Shown here piece after piece: positions 1-15,000 of a stretch of DNA of 64,000 nucleotides. The notes under the pieces were generated by a model. That model searched no databases. It saw nothing but the letters and a program-made list of their open reading frames with translations, and had not been told where the DNA came from. Position numbers and translations under genes: made by a program. Every line of letters begins with the position of its first letter. Within the stretch, counting starts at the first letter, position 1. The stretch comes from Ylistrum balloti (lineage: Eukaryota): NCBI RefSeq assembly GCF_031769215.1, contig NW_026781915.1, forward strand, positions 1,736,001 to 1,800,000, given 5' to 3'.

Positions 1-39
1 AATTGAATTAAAATGCTAGAATGTTTTAATGTTTTTCAG

Positions 40-3000
40 ACACTGGGTAAAATTGTGTCCCTCCCACAACCTTTTGTTGCCTTGGTTTCAATGGATTCTG
101 TACCAGGTAAAATGTTTAATCAGAGTGTACAAGTCCTGGTATCGATGACCTAACTAGGCCATGGTGTATAGAAATCTGTGTCAAAGGTCAATGTATAGTA
201 AGTTTTGTAATGCTTCACCTAAATACTGGTAGTGTGAACTATTAGTCTTACTATGATGATAAAACTACTAACTTACTGTTGTACTCAGTACACCGACTAA
301 CATGTCTTACAGTATGTATTGGGCTATGTTAATGTAGGGTAATGACAGAGTTATGTCCCCTTGACTCAGAGCTTGTGTTGTTTTACATCTGCTTGATTAC
401 AGTAGACATGTTTATCTATTAAAGTTGTAGTTTTAATGCTGTTTTACAGCATGATTCAGTTAGCAATGTCACAGCATCATTGCTGTAGGTTTATTATAAA
501 TCATCTTGTTGTTTAGTGGCCAACGGTGCTATGGAAAGTAAACTGAAACACAGCGATGACCACTACACATATATCAATATGGACCACCTAGGTTGGGACC
601 TGGATCTGGGCGTCTGGAAACCGAAGGGAGCCATTGGTGACAGGTATGTGATTATTTGGTCACATTCTATCATATTCTATGATTATTGACAAGTTTAAAA
701 TCATGCAGTCAAATTTGAAACTCGTATATCAAGAGGTAACAAATATAAACACTTATTGTGTTTGTTAAAAAAGTACCAGAGAGATGTCGAATCACATTTA
801 CCTACAGTTTGAGAATAGATTTACTCCTGTTAATTGACATTATATATTGATTGACTCATCTTTACCTGCAGTTTGAGTAAAGATTGACCCATGATATATG
901 TATATTGTACAGGGAAATATTGACTCATGTTTACCAACATTGTGAGAACAGATTAACTCACATTTACTCAATTGTTGTCACTTTTGAATATGAACAATTC
1001 AAGGCTACAAGTGCAATCTCCATGTTTCAGTGTTATGCACTTTGATGAAAGGTACAATATTGAAGTGATTGATGTTTGTTTATCTATTTTAACAAACTAA
1101 TATTTTTATGTTGAAAATATGTGATTTTTACTAGAGGTGTTTTAGAAAGTGACTGTAGAGTGGAATTAATGTTTCTTAAGAGAAAGTAATGGTTATGGGT
1201 CAGTGTGGACATTTACGATGTCAGATAATTTGTGATTTGAAGTTGTGTGATATGATACTGAATCTTTTGAGCTTCTACTGCTTGCTTGTTTCACATTAAG
1301 TATCACAAGTGACAGAAATATGGGCAACACCAAAGGAACACATACTAGGGGAGGGAAATAGGGGCATTATTATAGGAACACTTACTAGGGGACAGAAATA
1401 TGGGAACTGACATAGGAACACTCACTAGGGGAAAGAAATATGGGCACAGCCATAGAAACAGTTACTAGGGGACAGAAATAGTTAATAGGGGACAGAAATA
1501 TGGGCATTGCCATAGGAACAGTTACTAGGGGACAGAAATAGTTAATAGGGGACAGAAATATGGGCAACACCAAAGGAACACATACTAGGGGAGGGAAATA
1601 GGGGCATTATTATAGGAACACTTACTAGGGGACAGAAATATGGGAACTGACATAGGAACACTCACTAGGGGAAAGAAATATGGGCACAGCCATAGAAACA
1701 GTTACTAGGGGACAGAAATAGTTAATAGGGGACAGAAATATGGGCATTGCCATAGGAACAGTTACTAGGGAACAGAAATATGGGAACAGCCATAGAAACA
1801 GTTATTGGGGAACAGAAATATGGGAACAGCCATAGAAACAGTTACTGGGGAACAGAAATATGGGCATTGCCATAGGAACAGTTACTAGGGAACAGAAATA
1901 TGGGCACAGCCATAGAAACAGTCACTAGGGGACAGAAATATGGGCACTGCCATAGGAACACTTACTAGGGGACAAAAATATGGACACTGACATAGGAACA
2001 CTCTGACTGTATAGGTTTGCCAGTCTGCTGTGACTTCAGGCCTGATGTATCATATAGCCTTGTTACATGGTGAAAAGTTCTGGATTACTCTTTATAATTA
2101 AGACATTGACATCAATCATGTTAGCCATTATATCTTTACTTTTTACACTTATTTTACTAACAAAGAAGTCCTGAATTAAGCCAATGGGGCCAAAACATAA
2201 TGCCACTGACTCCATATTTGAGGGTAGTCTTATGGCTGAACAAAGAATAGTATTTGTTTAGTACACCTACAGAACAGCAATAGAAATGGGTGGTCTTATT
2301 ACAGGACAGTGAAATTTATTTGTTAGGTAAGTCTACAGAAATGTAATAGATATTGGTGGGTTTATTACTCAACAACAATATCAAATAGAGGGAAGTTAAA
2401 ATGGTAACGGTCATAATGAGCTTAACATATAATACCAGTGGTGCTTTAGAGATGTAAACCAAAGGATTGTTGATTGTTTGTGTTGATAAGGTTTTTTGGG
2501 TTAACAAGCCAGGTTGATATTATCTATAATTGTGAGCGACATTATGGAGTGATTGCTTTTTCTTGTTTCAGCCTCCTCAAGGAATTCCTTGCCAATCATA
2601 AGTTTCCTAACAGGTACCCTTAACTAGGGAGGTTGTAGCCTTACCTGTAGTGTTTAGTACCAAACCCTACATAACTCACCTTAACTAGGTGGGGTCTAAC
2701 CTTACCTGTAGTATTTAATACCAACCCTACATAACTCACCTTAACTAGGTGGGGTCTAACCTTACCCGTAGTATTTAATACCAACCCTATATAACTCACC
2801 TTGACTAGGTGGGGTCTAACCTTACCTGTAGTATTTCATACCAACCCTACATAACTCACCTTAACTAGGTGGGGTCTAACCTTACTTGTAGTATTTAATA
2901 CCAACCCTACATAACTCACCTTAACTAGGTGGGGTCTAACCTTACCCGTAGTATTTAATACCAACCCTACATAACTCACCTTAACTAGGTGGGGTCTAAC

Positions 3001-6000
3001 CTTACCTGTAGTATTTAATACCAACCCTATATAACTCATCTTGACTAGGTGGGGTCTAACCTTACCTGTAGTATTTAATACCAACCCTACATAACTCACC
3101 TTAACTAGGTGGGGTCTAACCTTACCCGTAGTATTTAATACCAACCCTATATAACTCACCTTGACTAGGTGGGATCTAACCTTACCTGTAGTATTTAATA
3201 CCAACCCTATATAACTCACCTTGACTAGGTGGGGTCAAACCTTACCTGTAGTATTCAATACCAACCCTATATAACTCACCTTGACTAGGTGGGGTCTAAC
3301 CTTACCTGTAGTATTTAATACCAACCCTATATAACTCACCTTGACTAGGTGGGGTCTAACCTTACCTGTAGTATTTAATACCAACCCTATATAACTCCCA
3401 TTGACTAGATATGACCCAACCTTACTTTTAATATCTAGTACCACAACCCCTATAACTCTCCTTAACTTTGAATGGCCTTTCTAACCTTACCTGTAATGTC
3501 TAGTGCCACGCCCTATATAACTCGCCTTGACTAAGTATAACCCAACCTTACCTGTAATGTCTAGTGCCACACCGTATATAACTCACCATGACTAAGTATA
3601 ACCCAACCTTACCTGTAATGTCTAGTGCCACACCGTCTATAACTCACCTTGACTAAGTATAACCCAACCTTACCTGTAATGTCTAGTACCACTACCTGTA
3701 ATGTCTAGTGCCACACCGTATATAACTCACCATGACTAAGTATAACCCAACTTTACCTGTAATGTCTAGTACCACTACCTGTAATGTCTAGTGCCACACC
3801 GTATATAACTCACCATGACTAAGTATAACCCAACGTTACCTGTAATGTCTAGTGCCACACCCAATATAACTAACCTTGACTAAGTATGACCCAACCTTAC
3901 CTGTAATGTCTAGTGCCACACCGTATATAACTCACCATGACTAAGTATAACCCAACGTTACCTGTAATGTCTAGTGCCACACCCAATATAACTAACCTTG
4001 ACTAAGTATGACCCAACCTTACCTGTAATGTCTAGTGCCACACCGTATATAACTCACCATGACTAAGTATAACCCAACGTTACCTGTAATGTCTAGTGCC
4101 ACACCCAATATAACTAACCTTGACTAAGTATGACCCAACCTTACCTGTAATGTCTAGTACCACTACCTGTAATGTCTAGTGCCACACCGTATATAACTCA
4201 CCATGACTAAGTATAACCCAACGTTACCTGTAATGTCTAGTGGCACACCCAATATAACTAACCTTGACTAAGTATGACCCAACCTTACCTGTAATGTCTA
4301 GTACCACTACCTGTAATGTCTAGTGCCACACCGTATATAACTCACCATGACTAAGTATAACCCAACCTTACCTATAATGTCTAGTACCACTACTTGTAAT
4401 GTCTAGTGCCACACCGTCTATAACTCACCATGACTAAGTATAACCCAACCTTACCTGTAATGTCTAGTACCACTACCTGTAATGTCTAGTGCCACACCGT
4501 ATATAACTCACCATGACTAAGTATAACCCAACGTTACCTGTAATGTCTAGTGCCACACCCAATATAACTAACCTTGACTAAGTATGAACCAACCTTACCT
4601 GTAATGTCTAGTGCCACACCGTATATAACTCACCATGACTAAGTATAACCCAACGTTACCTGTAATGTCTAGTGCCACACCCAATATAACTAACCTTGAC
4701 TAAGTATGACCCAACCTTACCTGTAATGTCTAGTGCCACACCGTATATAACTCACCATGACTAAGTATAACCCAACGTTACCTGTAATGTCTAGTGCCAC
4801 ACCCAATATAACTAACCTTGACTAAGTATGACCCAACCTTACCTGTAATGTCTAGTGCCACACCGTATATAACTCACCATGACTAAGTATGACCCAACCT
4901 TACCTGTAATGTCTAGTGCCACACCCAATATAACTAACCTTGACTAAGTATAACCCAACGTTACCTGTAATGTCTAGTGCCACACCCAATATAACTAACC
5001 TTGACTAAGTATGACCCAACCTTACCTGTAATGTCTAGTGCCACACCGTATATAACTCACCATGACTAAGTATAACCCAACCTTACCTGTAATGTCTAGT
5101 GCCACTACCTGTAATGTCTAGTGCCACACCCTATATAACTCACCTTGACTAAGTATGACCCAACCTTACCTGTAATGTCTAGTGCCACACCCTATATAAC
5201 TCACCTTGACTAAGTATAACCCAACCTTACCTGTAATGTCTAGTGCCAATACCTATAATGTCTAGTGCCACACCCTATATAAATCACATTGACTTACCTG
5301 TAGTTTGTATTGATCATTAAATCACATAAGTGCATGTAATTGTTCCTCCTAGTTTCTGCTTTTGATAATTTCTTACTGTATACCTACTGTGTAAACCTTT
5401 GTTTCCTCCTACTTTATATGTACTATGTGCTGTCATAACCTTAAATTCATTTACTGTTTCCTGGTGTATCTTGTAATGTTTAAGGGAAGTAACGCTACCT
5501 TTCTTTATGTTAGATTAGATTTTATTGCATGTTATATAAACTATCAAAGTCAGTTTGAACATGTTTTTCACAGGAATGCCTTAAAAAATGATAATGTATT
5601 GTTTTAATTTTTTTCTTCCAGTTGTTCATTTATGGAGATATAGACTGTAATTAGAGAATGGAGAAAGAACTGACGCTATAATTAGCTTTCTATTTCATCC
5701 TGATGGTTTAGTTTGTGTGACATTTGTTTGTGATAAATGATATACATGTAAAATTTCTTTCAAAAAAGTCTAGTTTTGATATACTGAGATATTAGTGTAA
5801 ATTTGGTAGAAATGTTTACTGTTGTGTTCATGAATGTATTTGTCCCATTAGACATTGTGGTGGCCTGGTATGATGTATTGTATTCGTTGTTTTTATGAGA
5901 AACTTGACCAAGTATATTGGTGTAGTATTGGAGTTGTTTCAGTTACACATTATGTAAACAGGTAATGCTGTGAGTTGAAATTTCTCTCTGATGTGCAGAC

Positions 6001-9000
6001 TCTTATAAGAAGTAATATACATGTAAACAGGCTGACAATGCATAATGTTGAGGACCTTCAAAAGGACCTAGAACGCAAGGCCAATATGGATGACAACACT
6101 GTCCGACCAAATTCACCCAACTGGAACACTCCTACTCCTGGACCGGGACAGGAAGCTCCCCTCGTATACTCACCACGCCACCCCCCTACTACACCGGAGA
6201 AGGCACACAGACCCAAGGTAGGTACAATCTACTACAGTGAAAAGCACCCTAACCCAGCTGAATACACACTCGCTTCACCACCCCACTAGTACACCTGGGA
6301 AGGCACCCTGACCCAAGATAGGTACACACTCACCATGCCTAATCCCTAACCCCTACCCCTCTATGACATGAAGTAGCACCCTGATCCAGCTAAGAACACA
6401 CTCACAACACTTCCCACTTAATGGACCCTAGAAGTTCTGTCTTATTTCCTTAGGTCAAAGGCCCATCAGATGCAAAATACAATTAATCATATGTAAAGAT
6501 AAAAAGTGAAACCCACCCGTGTAATGTGTGCAGTTTTCATGAGGAATTAAAGGTTCAGAAGTGTGATTGGAGGGGTTGTGGTGGGGGAAAAGGGGGTGGG
6601 GCAGTAAAAACAGTGGCCTGTTTGGGACAGTGAAAAATATATTTATTATAATATGACTCTCTTTTAAAAAACTTGTTCAAAATGTTAAAGAATGAAAGGT
6701 TTCATGTTATCATCCTTCGCATTTTATATCACAGCGATTGAACCATGAGCACATGTCTTGTGTATTCAGGAGTGTGTGTTGATATATTAGTATGCAGAGT
6801 GTCAATTGATACTATAGATTTATTATAACCAGCATCATTGGTATTTACAAAGCATATCCGAGTCTGACATTTATATATTCATTAAAATAGATAGGGATAG
6901 CCTTATCGTAACAAAATGTGTCATGAAACACACATGCCTGCATTCCGTGATCTGTATGTCAATCACATGCAATACATCATATTCACTGGATATGATATTG
7001 AAATATGAAAGAAAACTTGACTTGTGAAGATCATAATTACCTGATTTGGTCATTAATAGGTAGATAATTACTTCAAACACCGAACAATGTTGATAAGTAT
7101 GAAGACAAGTGTTTGTGTGTGCAAAATAAATAAATCTAGGTTAATTGACAAGGTGAATGTGTAGTATTAGTAGAAGTGTATTTTCAGCCTCAGATATACC
7201 TGTGTAAGTTATGTAGTTGCACACATTACAGGGTTTTTAGGGGTACATAACCGAAAAATGGAATGGTATACTTAGACACTTTCATTTTGTTTCTTTAGTT
7301 ATTCAGAGCCTAATCAGAGGAGTGACTTCTGTAATTACAGTGTTTCTGTTAAAGTGATTTCTTTGTTATAACTTTGTATTCTGATGAACTGATTCAAATC
7401 ATTGCTTTTTGTGTTCTCAAGTTATTATTTTGTAAATGAATTGTAGCTTATCATGGGTATACTACCTGATCGACTGTTTCACCACAATAGATATACCATA
7501 CCCTGGGTAAGTGTGATGGCTTTATAGCTAAGTCATCACAGGGCAGAACAAAAGTGTGGCTAAATAGTTGTGTCATCTCAACGTAGGGAAACATGCACGG
7601 CTAAATAGCTAAGTCATCACAGGTTAGATAGTACATTTGTGTGGCTAAATAGTTGTGTCATCTCAGCGTAGGGAAACATGCACGGCTAAATAGCTAAGTC
7701 ATCACAGGTTAAATAGGACATTTGTGTGGCTAAATAGTTGTGTCACCTCAGCATAGGGAAACATGCATGGCTAAATAGCTAAGTCATCACAGGTTAAATA
7801 GGACATTTGTGTGGCTAAATAGTTGTGTCACCTCAGCATAGGGAAACATGCATGGCTAACTAGCTAAGTCATCACAGGTTAAATAGGACATTTGTGTGGC
7901 TAAATAGTTGTGTCACCTCAGCATAGGGAAACATGCACAGCTAAATAGCTTAGTCATCACAGGTTAAATAGGACATTTGTGTGGCTAAATAGTTGTGTCA
8001 CCTCAGTGTTGGGAAAACATGCACGGCTAAATAGCTAAGTCATCACAGGTTAAATAGGACATTTGTGTGGCTAAATAGTTGTTTCACCTCAGGTTAAGGA
8101 AAACATGCACAGCTAAATAGCTAAGTCATCACAGGTTAAGCAGGACATTTGTGTGGCTAAATAGTTGTGTCATCTCAGTGTAGGGAAACATGCATGGCTA
8201 AATAGCTTAGTCATCACAAGGCAGAACAAAAGTGTGGCTAAATAGTTGTGTCACCTCAGCGATTGAAAACATGCACAGCTAAATAGCAAATTCATCACAG
8301 GTTAAATAGGACATTTGTGTGGCTAAATAGTTGTGTCACCTCAGTGTAGGGAAACATGCATGGCTAAATAGCTAAGTCATCACAGGTTAAATAGGACATT
8401 TGTTTGGCTAAATAGCTATGTCACCTCAACATAGGGAAAATATACATGTGCCAAATAGCAAAGTCATCACAGGTTAAATAGGACATTTTGTTTGTATAAA
8501 TAGCTATGTCATTTCAAGCTCACAAATACATCATGTTTGGCTAAATAGCTATGTCATTTCAAGTTCAAAAGTATATTGAAGGTGGCTAAATAGCTATATC
8601 ACCTCAGGGTAAAGAGGACATTGTATATTATTAAATGGCTATGGCTGACTAAATTAGATTTGTTATATACTGGGTAAACCATGATATTTTCTGTGGCTAA
8701 ATTTACATTATTTGGCAAATCTGATAAATAATGCTATTTGATAAATATTTTCTGTAAATTTTTTTTCTTTTAGAAATACTAAGTTCTAATTTGAGGAAGT
8801 TTATTGTGATCTTAAAGTGTGATTTGTTAGGTCAAATTTGACATTTTCTTTTATTTCAATAACAATCTGTGTTTCATTTGTTTTCACTAAATTTAAAGAT
8901 AAATGCAATACCTTTACAGACAATTTTTCATATGATTCCTGATATCCTGACTTCAGTTCAGTGCAAAGTTTCATGTAGGTCAGACTGTCAAGTATGTTAG

Positions 9001-12000
9001 TTATATTTCAGACCACGACACTTCACCAACCAAGTTTATGTTTAGATGACTTTTGTAATTATCCTTATTCATGAAGTTTAGAAATTGTCTGATAATAGTA
9101 AAGAGCAGAATAATGTGTAGAGCTTTCTTTAAGTCACATGCGTTTTACAGTTTCCTAGCTGTCACAAAAGTAAGCAGCTAGACACATTTTTATAATACAG
9201 GTAACGAAAAATACAAAGGAAGGGACATAACTCTGGTAACACCCATAACATTAAGTGTTTAACTTCAAAATACATACATTGGTTTACTGATTATTGAGCA
9301 TACGTACATTACAATGTATCTGTATCAATATCACAGAATACTCTTGTGTTGTGACTCTAGTTATACATGTACTACAATGTATCTGTATCAATATCACAGA
9401 ATACTCTTGTGTTGTGACTCTAGTTATACATGTACTACAATGTATCTGTATCAATATCACAGAATACTCTTGTGTTGTGACTCTAGTTATACGTGTACTA
9501 CAATGTATCTGTATCAATATCACAGAATACTCTTGTGTTGTGACTCTAGTTATACATGTACTACAATGTATCTGTATCAATATCACAGAATACTCTTGTG
9601 TTGTGACTCTAGTTATACGTGTACATCAGTGTATTATTATTTATAATCACCAACCATTTATCATTATTTATAATCACCAACCATTTATTATTTAAAATCA
9701 CGAACCATTTATTATTATTTATAATCACCAACCATTTATTATTATTTATAATCACCAGCCACTTCAGTTCTTGTACTGATATATGGGTTTACACAGGTAA
9801 AACTACATATATTATATAAATTTACAATAATAAGCAGCTCAGGTAGGAAACTTACGCATCTAATAATGATTTTAGTATTTAAATATGTTTGTTGACTTTG
9901 TTTTTTACAATGCTCTTTCATCATGAAATTAACTGTTCCAGTTGTTGGTGCTGCAATCTACTATTCTATATGTCAGCTGTTGGTTTTGTTAACTTAATTA
10001 TATCCTGGAATTTATTGTAAGCAGGAGTTAAACTTTTGTGATTTATCACAGTTTTGTGAGGCAAATTACCAGTTATTGTGGTGTTAATTTGTTGCCACAG
10101 CTTTTGTTAAAATAGTTGATCTAGACAAGAAATAATGATAACCTAATTCTTAATTGGTCATCAGAAGAAACTAGCATTAGTTTTTATCATTAAATAGTCA
10201 TCCTAAGGATAAATGGCTTTGGCATGATGCCAAACAGATGTGATGTATACATTTATTTCCCTTAGAAGTTAAAAATTTTGAAAAGTGAAAATTATGTTTA
10301 CCTGTTTGTCATGGAGACATAATCATTTATTCTTTGGTTATCAAACAGGAGATGCAGGAGACTCCTCGACCTGTATCCTCTCTACTCAAGGAAAAACTGG
10401 ATTTGAAATTAGACCTTACCCGGCGAGTATTATCTTCACGAGATCAGGAATTCGCTAGGCCTGGAGGTGTTGATAGTCAGGTAAGATTGTAAGGTTTTTA
10501 GCTTGGAGATGATTACGTACTAATTAACCTGAATTTTTCATTCATGGCTATACATTTGTATCCATTTATACAGGCACACAACAAACATTTCCTGAAATTT
10601 GGATATACTGTAAAGTATAAACTGGGTATATAAAGTATGTTATTGTTAATGATTGTGAATATGTGATTTACTTTCATGAGTGTTGCAATCAAAGCAAAAC
10701 TGATACAATTCAAAAAATAAAAATGAAAACACCAAATATAAAAGTGCTTGAATATCAAGGCCTTCATAAATATATGTAACCGGCAAATTATCAAAAATTT
10801 GCAAACCTGGAACGTCAGGTGTATTCCAGGTATTTTCTGTTGTAAGGAAACACTAACATTCTGTATTACAATTTCTAATAATAAATGTTTGAATTAATTT
10901 AAATATGGTCAGCATGAGATTTGTCCTGTTTTGTAGAGGGATGGAGAACCTGTAGCTATGGACCAGACAGTTGAAGGAAAAGAAGGGGAAGGGCAGCCCA
11001 AGACACGGAGACCGGTTCATATTGATGTTACACTGGACACTGGAGCTATGCCTGCAGCAGATACTACTCAGCAGACTCGTTCCCAAACCCCTTCACAGAC
11101 CCCTTCACAGCCCACTTCACAGGTCCCTTCACAGGTCCCCTCACAAGCTCCAACTGTCCCTGATTCATCAGCCTCTCCACAACCTTCTGGTAATGCCACA
11201 CCCACGGTGGTGACAGCTGTTGGGGGAGTGACAGGCATCCCTGGGGTACATGACTGTATACAATGTGCAATGGAAGCTGCAGCTCTGGCCAAGGGGGAGG
11301 TAAGTCTCTTAGTCTTTTATGTAGTTAAGTAAAAACTGAAATACCATGATGCTTGTTAATACCATTCCATCGGGTATACTGAAGAGAGACTCCTGTATGT
11401 TACACTTAAATTAATCATTTGGTGAAATCTGATTTATCATTCACTGAAGATTTTGTGTAAACATTTAGAAAGCACAACTTAGCATGTTGATTAAAGGTAC
11501 AAGTACAAAAAGTGTACGTAAAGGAATTTTTTTGAGGTTTGAAATTTAGATATAAAATACAAACTCTCAAAAATTCCAAAACAACAGAGTATTTTCAAAA
11601 GAAAAGATAAATGAGCACATTATGAATCATCGTTACTGTCAAATTGTTAGTCTGTGACCTTCAGGTGTAAACAGTGTCCTCAGACACAATAGGTAATGAA
11701 TTCTCCCGGTTTCAATGAATTTCTACAACTGCGACCTTGTTAGTCTGTGGCCTTCAGATATAAGCAGTGTCCTCAGACAAGTCATTTGGTCAGTCTGACC
11801 TAATAAAGAGACAACTATTTAATTATTGTTCCACTGATGAACTGTCTTAGCTATGTTCTTCCTATACATTTGACAAGTCAGTAAACTAAATCTCACTTTA
11901 CACTGTGCCAATCTCACTATACATTATACCAACCTCACTATACACTGTACCAATCTCACTATACATTACACCAGTCTCACTATACATTACACCAATCTCA

Positions 12001-15000
12001 CTATACATTACACCAGTCTCACTATACATTACACCAGTCTCACTATACATTATACCAGTCTCACTATACATTACACCAGTCTCACTATACATTATACCAA
12101 TCTCACTATACATTATACCATTCTCACTATACATTATACCAGTCTCACTATACATTATACCAATCTCACTATACATTATGCCAATCTCACTATATATTAC
12201 ACCAGTCTCACTATACATTGTACCAGTCTCACTATACATTATACCAATCTCACTCTATACTTAACCAATCTCACTATACATTGTACCAGTCTCACTATAA
12301 ATTGTACCAATCTCACTATACATTATACCAATCTCACTATACATTATACCAATCTCACTCTATATTTAACCAGTCTCACTATACATTATATCAGAGTCAC
12401 TATACATTATACCAACCTCACTATACATTGTATCAATTTCACTATACACTACCAACTTCAATAACACTGTGCCATTCTCAATTTAGACTTTACCAATTTT
12501 ACTATACACTTTTACTAATCTCGCTATACACAGTTCCAGTCTCAATTTACACTTTACCAATCTCACTGTACACAAATTTTTAAACTACAATATATGTGTA
12601 ATTTAAATCCCCAAGTTATTGAGAAAATAAATAAAACTTTATGGTTAAAACTCTGTTATAAATGTGTCACTGTATAATTTTATTTTATTTACATTGTGCT
12701 TTTAATGTCACTGCCATTAAAGTGCTCCTGTTGATTGATCTCAGCATAGCACTGATTAATCAACTGGTTTGTAATTTACATTATTTGATACGCTGTAGTG
12801 AAACTTCACTTGATGAATCACAGACCAGGCAATTAAGTCTTTATACAAGGTGATAATGTAGTATTTAATCAAACTCAACAATATGTGATCAATGATTTGC
12901 TTTTAACAGTTAAATTTGTTACTGAAAAAATCCATATATAATTGTAATATAGGTTATGTATATTAATATGGGGAGAATTGATTGTAAGAAATGTTACATA
13001 CAAACTGAGGTGTGCAGGTGCATTAGACAGTGTACTATTGATCAGGGCCTGAAAAGAAACCATAGTATCAGTTGGATCAATCTGATTACATCTAACAGCA
13101 TATAATGGGCAATCTTAGTGAGATAGGATCTTATTGATATGTTAATAACTGTGTATTGTAAGGCAAGGTGTGGCGTAACAATGTGCTGACTAACCATTCT
13201 CTGACCAGGTATTGTACAGTTGACTCTATACCAGAGGGGAAATCAATGACACAAATCAATACTCATTTAGTCCGACCTACTTTATCGATTGCTTTTTTTA
13301 TATTAAGTAAAAGACTCTGGGTAATAGAATCTACTGTCAAATGCGTTTATAGATTAAGGGAAAATTACAACTCAGTAGGGATATATATGTATTTATGTAG
13401 GTTAGAGAGAAATGGTGACTCCTGAAGGTATATACAGATTAGCTGACCTTTTAATGGCATATAGGCTATGAATATTTTGGTTTTAAAGAGGTTATAACTC
13501 CTACAGGCATGTATAGGTTACAAGGAAGTTTTACATCCTATAGGCAGATGTAAATTACAGATAATTCCTATAGGTTACCAAGAAGTAAGAATTCCTATAA
13601 GGTTATGTAGGTTTTAGAAAACTTATACCTCCAGTGGGAAGAAATAAGGATCCCTTTTACAGGCTTCAGGGATGTTATATCTTTCTAGGTATGTATAGGT
13701 TACAGAGAAGTTAACCCTCCTCTAGGTATGTATAGGTTACAGAGAAGTTAACCCTCCTCTAGGTATGTACAGGTTACAGAGAAGTTATACCACTCTAGGT
13801 ATGTATAGGTTACAGAGAAGTTAACCCTCCTCTAGGTATGTATAGGTTACAGAGAAGTTATACCTCTCTAGGTATGTATAGGTTACAGAGAAGTTATACC
13901 TCTCTTGGTATGTATAGGTTACAGAGAAGTTATACCTCTCTAGGTAGGTTACAGAGAAGTTATACCTCTCTAGGTATGTACATGTTACAGAGAAGTTATA
14001 CCTCTCTAGGTATGTATAGGTTACAGAGAAGTTATACCTCCTCTAGGTATGTGTTGGTTACAGAGAAGTTATACCTCCTCTAGGTATGTACAGGTTACAG
14101 AGAAGTTATACCTCTCTAGGTATGTATAGGTTACAGAGAAGTTATACCTCCTCTAGGTATGTACAGGTTACAGAGAAGTTATACCTCCTCTAGGTATGTA
14201 TAGGTTACAGAGAAGTTATACCTCTCTAGGTATGTATAGGTTACAGAGAAGTTATACCTCTCTAGGTATGTATAGGTTACAGAGAAGTTATACCTCTCTA
14301 GGTATGTATAGGTTACAGAGAAGTTATACCTCTCTAGGTATGTACAGAAGTTACCTCCTCTAGGTATGTACAGGTTAGAGAAGTTATACCTCTCTAGGTA
14401 TGTACAGGTTACAGAGAAGTTATACCTCTCTAGGTATGTACAGGTTACAGAGAAGTTATACCTCCTCTAGGTATGTATAGGTTACAGAGAAGTTATACCT
14501 CTCTAGGTATGTATAGGTTACAGAGAAGTTATACCTCCTCTAGGTATGTACAGGTTACAGAGAAGTTATACCTCTCTAGGTATGTATAGGTTACAGAGAA
14601 GTTATACCTCTCTAGGTATGTACAGGTTACAGAGAAGTTAACCCTCCTCTAGGTATGTATAGGTTACAGAGAAGTTATACCTCCTCTAGGTATGTACAGG
14701 TTACAGAGAAGTTAACCCTCCTCTAGGTATGTACAGGTTACAGAGAAGTTATACCTCCTCTAGGTATGTATAGGTTACAGAGAAGTTATACCTCTCTAGG
14801 TATGTATAGGTTACAGAGAAGTTATACCTCTCTAGGTATGTATAGGTTACAGAGAAGTTATACCTCTCTAGGTATGTACAGGTTACAGAGAAGTTATACC
14901 TCCTCTAGGTATGTACAGGTTACAGAGAAGTTATACCTCTCTAGGTATGTATAGGTTACAGAGAAGTTATACCTCTCTAGGTATGTACAGGTTACAGAGA

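Noticed and set aside
6340-6362. CCCTAACCCCTACCCC as an interstitial telomere repeat
   Set aside because: Only one exact CCCTAA; it lies within the degenerate junction-derived repeat.
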